A stretch of 24,000 nt of DNA from Pelosinus sp. IPA-1. Lineage in GTDB: Bacteria; Bacillota; Negativicutes; DSM-13327. The notes beneath the pieces were generated by a model, which was given only the letters and a program-made list of their open reading frames with translations, was not told the origin of the DNA and made no database searches. The position numbers were made by a program, and so were the translations under genes. The DNA lies in assembly GCF_030269905.1 (NCBI RefSeq), contig NZ_BSVC01000002.1:12419-36418 (forward strand), in the 5' to 3' direction. Below are positions 15,487 through 23,272 of this stretch, one piece after another (within the stretch, counting starts at the first letter, position 1; each line of letters begins with the position of its first letter).

Positions 15487-17154
15487 TTATAATATTGGAA
15501 GACTAAAATTAACAAAAAATGTAGTTCCTTCATGGTTGGTATTAATTTTAATTTTAGCATTGTGCCTGTGGGCTATTTGATAACATATGGGAAGACCTAA
15601 ACCTGTACCTGTATCTTTTGTAGTCATAAAGGGGGTACCTAAGTTATCGAGTATATGAGGGGGTATTCCCGAGCCTTGATCACTAATAGATAATACAATT
15701 TTGCTATCTTCTTGGAAGGTGTGAATAGCTAGGTTTCCTCCATCTGGCATTGCTTCAATACTATTACGTACTAGATTTAACAGTAATTGTCGAATTTCAT
15801 TTTCATCCAGCAGTAATTCGGGGATATTAGTAAGATCAAGAGACACATATACTTGTGAAGAATTCGCATCTGCCTGGATTAATGGGAATAGTGCTTTAAT
15901 AATAGTATTTAACGAGCAAATTTCTAGATTAGCTAGTTTTTTCCTAGATAAGGAAAGGTATTCGCGGATGATCGAATTGGCTCTATCTATTTCCTCAATC
16001 ATTAATTTGAATTTTTCTTTATCAGTTTGGTATTTTTCCCTGCTTCCCATAACCTGTAAGTAGCCACGTACAGTGGTAAGAGGATTTCTAATTTCATGAG
16101 CAACAGTTGCTGCCATGCTACCTACCATATTCATTCGGTCTAACATTGAGGTCGTTTTCTCTAAGTTTTTTCGTGTTGTCACATCACGAATAATACCTTG
16201 TAACGCAGTGAAACCACCATTTGTATCATAAGTAGGAGCACACTTTTGTTCGATCCATAAGGTAGTTTTATCTTTTCGAACAAGACGTAAAGTCAGTGGC
16301 GATTCAATAGAAATGGGAAGATTGTGAATAAAGTCCTCAAGTAAGCAATGATCATCAGGATGTATCAAATCGAAAACTAAATTATTGTTAGAGTAATATT
16401 CATCAGGGGAGTAACCAGTGAGTAATAAAACGGATGGACTGATATACTCGATTTTTGCTTTAGGAAAAATTTGATAGGAATAGATTATGTCAGCCGCATT
16501 CTCTGCTAGCAAATGATATTGGGTTTCCTTATTTGCCAAATCTGTTCTAGTATTTTCAAAGTATACCATTAGAGTGCCAACAGCTATGAACAGTCGCATT
16601 ACTCCGCCAAGGGAGTGAGCCCAGGGAAGAAACCAGGAGCCATTAAGTATAATAGGTGCAGCTAGATTGAGAAGACTCCATAAGATGTAAGCATAGCCAG
16701 TAATTAAACGGCCAACCCCTAAAATTTGTAAGTTTCGTATAAATGTTATACCGATCCATATGCATACAAAGCAGCCGAAATAAATGGGGAATAACAACTT
16801 ATAAACTTGCGGTGAACCTAGGAAGTTCATCGTTACACTTATGATAGTGATGATAGTAGTTCCATATAACCACCATTTATTAAGGGGCTTGTTTATAAAA
16901 ATGTGAGTAGCCCATAGAAATAGTAGAACACTGATTATAATTAACATTTGGTATGTTATCATGCCGAAGGTAGATTGTTTCCAAGGAAGTAACCCTAAAT
17001 CGAATATGATATATCGTGAGAGTAGGATGAGCCAGCCAAGGGCCCATATGCCCATGTAGCGCTGGCGATAAAGTGCATACAAATATATATATATGAAAAC
17101 TATGGAAACCGTTCCAATCGTTGAGTATATTATTGATAAATGAACATAGTCCAT
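15487..17154 (-). CDS. Membrane-bound PAS sensor histidine kinase, sporulation-kinase-like, no adjacent response regulator
   Basis: About 200 N-terminal residues form roughly 6-7 hydrophobic helices. Then come a PAS region (AENAADIIYSY...GIIRDVTTRK), the H-box VAHEIRNPLTTVRGYLQ, the N-box LLNLVRNSIEAM, and G-boxes DQGSGI and GTGLGL. Confidence 0.85.
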   Translation of the reverse strand: MDYVHLSIIYSTIGTVSIVFIYIYLYALYRQRYMGIWALGWLILLSRYIIFDLGLLPWKQSTFGMITYQMLIIISVLLFLWATHIFINKPLNKWWLYGTTIITIISVTMNFLGSPQVYKLLFPIYFGCFVCIWIGITFIRNLQILGVGRLITGYAYILWSLLNLAAPIILNGSWFLPWAHSLGGVMRLFIAVGTLMVYFENTRTDLANKETQYHLLAENAADIIYSYQIFPKAKIEYISPSVLLLTGYSPDEYYSNNNLVFDLIHPDDHCLLEDFIHNLPISIESPLTLRLVRKDKTTLWIEQKCAPTYDTNGGFTALQGIIRDVTTRKNLEKTTSMLDRMNMVGSMAATVAHEIRNPLTTVRGYLQVMGSREKYQTDKEKFKLMIEEIDRANSIIREYLSLSRKKLANLEICSLNTIIKALFPLIQADANSSQVYVSLDLTNIPELLLDENEIRQLLLNLVRNSIEAMPDGGNLAIHTFQEDSKIVLSISDQGSGIPPHILDNLGTPFMTTKDTGTGLGLPICYQIAHRHNAKIKINTNHEGTTFFVNFSLPIL

Positions 17155-17415
17155 AATTGCTCCTTAAAAGTTAATTTACAAATTATTACACTAAGTTGAT
17201 TATTCTGCTAAAAATCTAAAAATCCTTTTGGGGATACGTATGAAATTATGTTACAAACTAAAATTGTAAGAATAATTAGCTGGCGGCTCAATGACTTTAT
17301 AAGATAAGGTTTTGGTTTCGCTAATTATTAATAGGGGGGAATGGAGCCTATTCGTGTCGAAGATGTGGAAGAAGTAAGACAAATATAATCCAAAAATTAT
17401 TACTCGAGGTGTAGG

Positions 17416-18285
17416 GTGGATATTCGCTTATTGAAAACATTTTGTGTAGTGGCAAAACTGGAAAACATTACACAAGCAGCAGAACTACTTAATTTTACAC
17501 AACCGACGGTTTCCGCTCAAATTCGTACTTTAGAAGAACAGTTTGGCGTGCAGTTATTTGAACGTATCGGCAAAAAGCTTTACATAACTGATGCTGGCAA
17601 ATATTTAATTGACCCTTTTGAAAAAATTCTCAAAATATACGATGAAGCCGTTACTGGAATTAATTGTTTTTCGGAAAAACAGTACACAAGAATTGGTATA
17701 TCAAGTAGCTATATTAATCATTTTCTTTCCTCCGCATTATTACAATTGCAAGCAAAGGGATCTGCAGGGAAAATTAACATAGAAATTTGCTTGAATTCAA
17801 GCTGTGTGCTTGATGGAATTAACAGTAATAAATATGATATTGGCATTGTACATGACTTTCTTTCTGGAAAATATCTGAATACAGATATTATTAATACGGA
17901 AGAGCTTGTTTGGGTTGGACATAAAAATATTATTAAGGACAAGATTTGCCCACGAATCGATGATTATCCAATCATTAATTTCCGGCAGGGATGTACTTTC
18001 CGAATGTTGTGTGATACATTATTGCAGAAACGTGGGCTAAATTCTACTTTTGAATATAGTGACTTTGATGGGGTAAAAAATGCTATGACTGGGGGGTTAG
18101 GTATTGCATTGCTTCCTAGAAGCGTTGTAGAGAATCTTGCTAAAGAAAATGACAAACTTTATATATTTAATGAATTAAGCAATTTAGAAATTCCGTTGTT
18201 TGCTATTACTCGTAAGGATAAGTATTTGCCAGCTACGGCAAAAAGCATACTTGAAATGCTGCAAGAAAATAAAGGTATCATATAG
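17416..18285 (+). CDS. LysR family transcriptional regulator
   Basis: GTG start behind GAGGTG. N-terminal LysR HTH (IRLLKTFCVVAKLENITQAAELLNFTQPTVSAQIRTLEEQFGVQLFER) plus a periplasmic-binding-protein-like effector domain. Confidence 0.85.
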   Translation: MDIRLLKTFCVVAKLENITQAAELLNFTQPTVSAQIRTLEEQFGVQLFERIGKKLYITDAGKYLIDPFEKILKIYDEAVTGINCFSEKQYTRIGISSSYINHFLSSALLQLQAKGSAGKINIEICLNSSCVLDGINSNKYDIGIVHDFLSGKYLNTDIINTEELVWVGHKNIIKDKICPRIDDYPIINFRQGCTFRMLCDTLLQKRGLNSTFEYSDFDGVKNAMTGGLGIALLPRSVVENLAKENDKLYIFNELSNLEIPLFAITRKDKYLPATAKSILEMLQENKGII

Positions 18286-18318
18286 GAGATTTTTATATGA
18301 CTCATAGTCCTTTTTAAT

Positions 18319-18347
18319 TTCATAGAAAAGTCACTCTCCAGTATAAT
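18319..18347 (+). promoter_or_regulatory. Candidate promoter of the QueG/RdhA-like gene
   Basis: TTCATA, 17-nt spacer, TATAAT (18342-18347), 29 nt upstream of the TTG start. Confidence 0.35.
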
Positions 18348-18375
18348 AGGGGTAAGGAAGCTGGGAGGGGATAAT

Positions 18376-19080
18376 TTGCAAACAACGGATTTGGAAATAC
18401 AAAAAGATATAATCAACCTATTAGAAAAATTTGATAACATATTATATGGATTTGCCTATGTAGGTGATATTGCAGCCTGTAAATATAAAAATAGTCCATA
18501 TGCAATAACAATTGGGCTACCGATATCACCAACTATTGTTGATAATATCGTATCTGGACCTAACCAAGCTTATTATGACGAATATCTTAGCGTAAATGAT
18601 AGACTTGACTTGATAACTGAGCAACTAAAAAATCAAATAGTGAAAAAGGGATATCTCGCTTATGCCATAGCCTCTTCAAAAAGAACTGATTTTGTTAATA
18701 TTAAAGGTGACTTTCCTCATAAAGCAGCTGCTGTCAGAGGCGGATTAGGATGGATAGGGAAGAGTTCACTTTTAATAACAAGGCAATATGGTCCCCGAGT
18801 TAGAATTTCAACCGTGCTCACTGACATACCATTTCAGACAGATCGTTTACCTGCGAAAAACTATTGTGGTAAATGTAAGAAATGTGTTGATGCATGCCCT
18901 GCAGGGGCAATTGTAGGGACTGTTTGGACCGAAGAGTTATCAAGGGAAAAATTAATTGATGTTAAAAAGTGCGACTTATGGAAAATAAAAAATTATTCTC
19001 AATTCCATGGACATGTCTGCGGAATTTGCGTTGCTGTTTGTCCCCATGGAAATAAAAAGGCTAAAGAAATTTTGGTATGA
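18376..19080 (+). CDS. Short QueG/reductive-dehalogenase superfamily protein with two 4Fe-4S motifs (epoxyqueuosine-reductase-like)
   Basis: TTG start 5 nt after GGGAGGGG. HKAAAVRGGLGWIGKSSLLITRQYGPRVRISTVLTDIPF resembles the QueG core. Cluster motifs: CGKCKKCVDACP, and C...CGICVAVCP. Confidence 0.6.
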   Translation: MQTTDLEIQKDIINLLEKFDNILYGFAYVGDIAACKYKNSPYAITIGLPISPTIVDNIVSGPNQAYYDEYLSVNDRLDLITEQLKNQIVKKGYLAYAIASSKRTDFVNIKGDFPHKAAAVRGGLGWIGKSSLLITRQYGPRVRISTVLTDIPFQTDRLPAKNYCGKCKKCVDACPAGAIVGTVWTEELSREKLIDVKKCDLWKIKNYSQFHGHVCGICVAVCPHGNKKAKEILV

Positions 19081-19090
19081 TAGTTAAATA

Positions 19091-19136
19091 AAAAAGAAAG
19101 TTCAACGGACATAGAATCTGTTGAACTTTCTTTTTT
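19091..19136 (+). terminator. Rho-independent terminator
   Basis: AAAAAGAAAGUUCAAC, 13-nt loop, GUUGAACUUUCUUUUUU. Confidence 0.75.
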
Positions 19137-19156
19137 ACACAGGTATATATTAATGA

Positions 19157-19185
19157 TTGACAGAAAACACCATCTTTAATATAAT
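19157..19185 (+). promoter_or_regulatory. Consensus sigma-A promoter of the TetR / zinc-ribbon operon
   Basis: TTGACA (19157-19162), exactly 17 nt spacer, TATAAT (19180-19185). Confidence 0.65.
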
Positions 19186-19207
19186 GAGTTTGTACTCAAT
19201 GAGTTTT
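19183..19207. promoter_or_regulatory. Candidate TetR operator overlapping -10/+1
   Basis: TGAGT-TTGT-ACTCA inverted repeat (19185-19198), plus a direct repeat of AATGAGTTT (19183-19191 and 19198-19206). Confidence 0.4.
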
Positions 19208-19232
19208 AACTTATTGAAATGGAGTTGATGCA

Positions 19233-19829
19233 ATGGTAGAAAATAAAAGACAGAAACAAAAGGAATTAACTAGAAGACATTTAATAGAAATAGCAATTCA
19301 ACAGTTTGGTGAAAATGGAATAACAGCGACTCGTACTGCAGATATTGCTAGAGTTGCTAATGTCTCACACGGAACTATATTCGTACACTTTCCAAAACAG
19401 GAAGACTTATTAATAGCCGTAGTTGAGGAATTTGGAATTAGAATTGCAAAAAGACTTCATGAATTGATCGACACGAATCGTAGTTTAATTGAAGTTTTAG
19501 AGGCTCACATAACAGGTTTAATTGAATTTGAACCGTTTTATACAAGACTAGTTATCGAAAGACGTCTACTCCCTGAGAGTGTTCGCAATACGTATATTAT
19601 GATCCAATCCACTATTTCATTTCATATCGGTATAGCTGCTGAGAAAGAGATGGAAGAAGGTATTATTCGTCAAATTCCCTTACACCTAATTTATAATACT
19701 TGGATAGGATTAATTCATTATTACATAACAAATGGTGACTTATTCTGCTCCAGTGGCTCTGTCTTAAAGCAACACGGGCAGGAATTATTTCAGCATTATA
19801 TTAGCTTAATGAAAATATCATCTAAATAA
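19233..19829 (+). CDS. TetR/AcrR family transcriptional regulator
   Basis: N-terminal HTH RRHLIEIAIQQFGENGITATRTADIARVANVSHGTIFVHFPKQEDL, and a helical C-terminal ligand domain. Confidence 0.8.
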   Translation: MVENKRQKQKELTRRHLIEIAIQQFGENGITATRTADIARVANVSHGTIFVHFPKQEDLLIAVVEEFGIRIAKRLHELIDTNRSLIEVLEAHITGLIEFEPFYTRLVIERRLLPESVRNTYIMIQSTISFHIGIAAEKEMEEGIIRQIPLHLIYNTWIGLIHYYITNGDLFCSSGSVLKQHGQELFQHYISLMKISSK

Positions 19830-19849
19830 ATATAAGGAGGCTAAATAAA

Positions 19850-20089
19850 ATGAAACGATGTATTGCATGTGGGATGCCTATGAAAAATCCAGAAGATTTT
19901 GCTATGGGAGATTCAGAAAAAGAATATTGCCGGTACTGCTCTCGTCCAGACGGAACAATGCAATCTTATGAGGAAAAATTAGATTCTTTAACTAACTTTA
20001 TCGTCAAAACCCAGGGATTAGAAATAAAAGCAGCAAATATTGCAGCAAAGTCAATGATGGATAAGCTGCCTGCTTGGAAAGTAAAATAA
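19850..20089 (+). CDS. Small zinc-ribbon domain protein (CxxC...CxxC), function unknown
   Basis: 79-aa ORF with an AAGGAGG RBS, starting 20 nt after the TetR stop. CIACGMPM...YCRYCSRPDGTMQSYEE fits the putative zinc ribbon family of about 80-aa bacterial proteins. Confidence 0.6.
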   Translation: MKRCIACGMPMKNPEDFAMGDSEKEYCRYCSRPDGTMQSYEEKLDSLTNFIVKTQGLEIKAANIAAKSMMDKLPAWKVK

Positions 20090-20119
20090 ACTTTGCAGTT
20101 GGTTGTATTGTATGCACAT

Positions 20120-20168
20120 AAGGGTGTATGTCTCAAAACATTTTGGGACATACACCCTTCTTATTTTT
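20120..20168 (+). terminator. Rho-independent terminator
   Basis: AAGGGUGUAUGUC...GACAUACACCCUU long hairpin, extendable through CAAAA/UUUUG, followed by CUUAUUUUU. Confidence 0.75.
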
Positions 20169-20404
20169 ACTATGAGTAATGATTCAGTTTATTTTCTTAT
20201 TATTCTTCTTTGGTTCTTAAGCATCTTAATACCTTGGAGATTATTACCTGATCACCAAAACTCACACTCTAGGTTAAATAATTGTTTATCCTAAGGCGAT
20301 TATACATATTTCACCTCATTAGGGAAATAATAACTAGATAAGCTAAAAATGTAAAATAGTACTAATAATTAATAGATTTTATGATTTGCGTAGAGGGCTG
20401 ATAT

Positions 20405-21529
20405 ATGAAGATACGAATTAATAATTGGCAGCTTTATTGTCTTATGATGTTATTTGAAATTGGAAGCACAACTGTTTTTGGATTAGGTATTGATGCTAAG
20501 CAAGATGCCTGGATTGCTGTTTTACTAGCGATGTTTTTTGGTTTTGTATTAATTTGGCTTTATACTGAAATTCAAAAATATTATCCAGAGAAAAATCTAG
20601 CAGAGATTCTGACAGCTGTATTAGGAAAATGGCTTGCTATACCTATAATTTTACTTTATGCATTAGAATTTTTTTGGATCTCAACTTTGAATTTTCGAGA
20701 ATTTGGCGAACTAATTTCAATGATATTACTACCATCTGTCCCACTATCCGTAATTCTTGTTGTTTTTATGATTACAGCCATGTACACTCTTTTTCTCGGG
20801 TATGAGGTATTGGCTCGTCTAGGAGAATTAATGTTTCCACTGATTATATTCTTTATTCTTAGTATATTTGTCCTAATTGGTTTTTCAGAGCAAGTGGATT
20901 TAACTAGATTACAGCCCGTTTTAGGTAATGGAATTACGCCAGTTTTAAAAGCAGCCATTCCTGCACTTGTTAACTTCCCATTTGGGGAAATGGTTGTATT
21001 TTTAATGTATTGGCATTATGTAAATGAGAAACAATGTATTCGGAAAACATCCTTTTTGGTTACGATTACCATTGGGCCATTGTTATCAAGTGTATTGGCC
21101 CTGATGGTTGCCGTTTTAGATGTGCCCTTTGTTGCTAATTCCACGATTCCTATCTATGAAGTAATTAAACTAATTAATATAGGAGATATTCTAACGAACT
21201 TAGATTCTATTGCGACTGTAGTCCAGTTTATTGGCGGCTTTTTTAAGATGACGATTCATTTTTACGCAGGAGTATTAGCTGTTAAATCACTTTTTAAAAT
21301 TAGTAATGAGAAGTGGTTGATTGCTTTATTTGGTGTCTTTTGGACTTGGTTTTCCATTGTTTATTATCCAAACCTTCTCTTTCACCGCTGGGTTGGGCTA
21401 AAAATATCCATTTCTTATTTTTATAGTGGTTTTACTGTTTTGGAAATTGTTTGTCCGGCTTTGCTACTTATAATAATCATTCTGAAAAACAAGCTGCACA
21501 AGCAAAGTATACAGCAGCAATGTATTTGA
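20405..21529 (+). CDS. Spore germinant receptor B subunit (GerAB/GerKB family, APC-type permease fold)
   Basis: 374-aa protein with about 10 TM segments. The N-terminus INNWQLYCLMMLFEIGSTTVFGLGIDAKQDAWIAVLLA is typical of spore permease family proteins. GAGGG RBS. Confidence 0.85.
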   Translation: MKIRINNWQLYCLMMLFEIGSTTVFGLGIDAKQDAWIAVLLAMFFGFVLIWLYTEIQKYYPEKNLAEILTAVLGKWLAIPIILLYALEFFWISTLNFREFGELISMILLPSVPLSVILVVFMITAMYTLFLGYEVLARLGELMFPLIIFFILSIFVLIGFSEQVDLTRLQPVLGNGITPVLKAAIPALVNFPFGEMVVFLMYWHYVNEKQCIRKTSFLVTITIGPLLSSVLALMVAVLDVPFVANSTIPIYEVIKLINIGDILTNLDSIATVVQFIGGFFKMTIHFYAGVLAVKSLFKISNEKWLIALFGVFWTWFSIVYYPNLLFHRWVGLKISISYFYSGFTVLEIVCPALLLIIIILKNKLHKQSIQQQCI

Positions 21530-21562
21530 TACTAATTTTATCCTAGCTTGATGGAGGTTGAA

Positions 21563-21742
21563 ATGGAGAATATAGATGCTACGATTACCTTTGATACCTT
21601 GAAAGAAATTGGCTTTGTACCGAGCATTCTTATTGTTGGAGGATGGTTATGTGCATGTGTTCTTGCCCTCATCTGTCTATATAATCTTGGTTTATATGCA
21701 ATAAGGCTTTTACTGTACCGGAAGACAAACAATGGCCGTTAA
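21563..21742 (+). CDS. Small hydrophobic protein between the ger B and A genes (possible germinant-receptor accessory subunit)
   Basis: 59 aa from the ATG at 21563, 5 nt after GGAGG (21553-21557). One long hydrophobic stretch (FVPSILIVGGWLCACVLALICLYNLGLYAI). Its stop overlaps the gerA-type ATG at 21732 by 11 nt. There is no family recognition, so coding status is inferred. Confidence 0.4.
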   Translation: MENIDATITFDTLKEIGFVPSILIVGGWLCACVLALICLYNLGLYAIRLLLYRKTNNGR

Positions 21743-23264
21743 AGGAAATCAATATAAGATTAGCCCGAATATCGAAGCGAATATAGCAAAGCTAAAAGAA
21801 ATTTTAGGCAAAAGTGATGACATAGTATTTAGAAATATTGTAATTTCTAATCAACAGCAAACACGAGCTTTACTTTGTTATGTAAGTGGTTTAACTAATA
21901 CTGAAATGATTAGTCAGCATATTATTAAATCACTAACACAGAATGTAAGCGCCGAAGTTTGTGATATAAGAAGTTTGTCAGCAAATACTTTTGATAGTAT
22001 TAAAACCAATATTTTGAGTATAACAGACTTAAATGAAACCCAATCAATGAAGAACGTCATCAATGAAATTTTAGCAGGTAAAACTGCTTTATTTATTGAT
22101 ACGTACGTTAAAGTACTTCTCATTAATGCACTAGCTTTTGAATCAAGGAATGTTCAAGATCCTAATACTGAAACAGTAGTAAGAGGGCCTCGCGAAGGAT
22201 TTACGGAAAATATTGCTGTTAATATTGCCTTGGTTCGTAGAAAAATTAGGCATCCAAATTTAGTTTTCGAAAAAATGATTGTGGGCAGAAAAACGAATAC
22301 AACTCTCTTCATAGCATATTTGGATAGGATCGTAAATCCCAAAGTAGTTCAAGAAATTAAAGAAAGGCTAAACCGAATTCAAATAGATTCCATATTAGAA
22401 TCTGGCTCTATTGAACAGCTTATTGAAGACAACCCTACAAGTCTTTTTCCGACGATTGGAAACAGTGAAAAACCTGATATTGTTGCAGCAAAGCTATTAG
22501 AAGGAAGAGTAGCAATTTTTTGTGATGGTACGCCATTTGTGCTGACGGTCCCTTATTTATTTATCGAAAGTCTACGAACTTCTGAAGATTACTATTCCCG
22601 TCCTTTTATAGCAACGTTATTGAGGCTAATAAGAATTGTATCCCTTTTTATTACTATAGCTGCTCCGGCTTTATATGTTGCTGTAACGGTATTTCACTAT
22701 GAGATGATTCCCACAGTTTTACTGATAACTACGGCTGCTTCACGAGAAGGAATACCATTTCCTGCTGTTTTAGAAGTTTTCCTAATGGGAATCGTATTTG
22801 AGGTTTTAAGAGAAGCGGGCGTAAGAATGCCGAAACCTGTTGGACAGGCAACTAGTATTGTTGGTGCCCTTGTACTTGGTGAGGCGGCTGTAAATGCTGG
22901 AATCGTAAGTAGCCCAATGATTATTATTGTAGCGATTACGGGAATTACTGATTTTGTTAATCCCTCGTTGATAAGTGTCACCTTTTATTTGCGGACTTTT
23001 CTTTTAGTTTTGTCTACGGGATTAGGGTTATATGGGATTTTAATTGGCTTTTTCTTCATCCTTGCTCATATGTGCTCATTGCGTTCTTTTGGCTCTCCTT
23101 TCTTGGCTCCCTTTGCGCCAACAATCTGGAGCGAACTAAAAGATACAGTTGTTAGATCTTTTTTATGGTTAATGAAATCAAGACCTCAATCAATTACTTG
23201 GAAAAAATCACAAAGACAAGGATTAGAGTCCAAACCAGGTCCAACAAAATCCAACCGGAGGTAG
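21732..23264 (+). CDS. Spore germinant receptor A subunit (GerAA/GerKA family)
   Basis: 510 aa. The soluble N-terminal domain, the core RGPREGFTENIAVNIALVRRKI and ESGSIEQLIED, and the C-terminal TM bundle are characteristic of GerA-family A subunits. Confidence 0.9.
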   Translation: MAVKGNQYKISPNIEANIAKLKEILGKSDDIVFRNIVISNQQQTRALLCYVSGLTNTEMISQHIIKSLTQNVSAEVCDIRSLSANTFDSIKTNILSITDLNETQSMKNVINEILAGKTALFIDTYVKVLLINALAFESRNVQDPNTETVVRGPREGFTENIAVNIALVRRKIRHPNLVFEKMIVGRKTNTTLFIAYLDRIVNPKVVQEIKERLNRIQIDSILESGSIEQLIEDNPTSLFPTIGNSEKPDIVAAKLLEGRVAIFCDGTPFVLTVPYLFIESLRTSEDYYSRPFIATLLRLIRIVSLFITIAAPALYVAVTVFHYEMIPTVLLITTAASREGIPFPAVLEVFLMGIVFEVLREAGVRMPKPVGQATSIVGALVLGEAAVNAGIVSSPMIIIVAITGITDFVNPSLISVTFYLRTFLLVLSTGLGLYGILIGFFFILAHMCSLRSFGSPFLAPFAPTIWSELKDTVVRSFLWLMKSRPQSITWKKSQRQGLESKPGPTKSNRR

Positions 23265-23272
23265 AAAAAACG

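Noticed and set aside
17172-17185. TAATTT-AC-AAATTA inverted repeat near the kinase start, considered as a LysR T-N11-A type box in the kinase/LysR divergent region.
   Set aside because: It consists only of A/T except one C, in an AT-rich intergenic region. The spacing does not fit T-N11-A exactly, so chance occurrence is likely.
17341-17388. 15-codon mini-ORF (MEPIRVEDVEEVRQI) upstream of the LysR gene, preceded by GGGGGG.
   Set aside because: The G-run is only 1 nt from the ATG, which is poor spacing. The peptide has no leader-peptide features such as runs of a regulatory amino acid, and there are no alternative hairpins around it. It is probably a chance ORF.
19966-20294. ORFs 19966-20151 (-) and 20103-20294 (+) downstream of the zinc-ribbon gene.
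   Set aside because: Both run through the long terminator hairpin at 20120-20168, lack an RBS and have implausible composition. The region is better explained as a terminator plus the upstream region of the ger operon.
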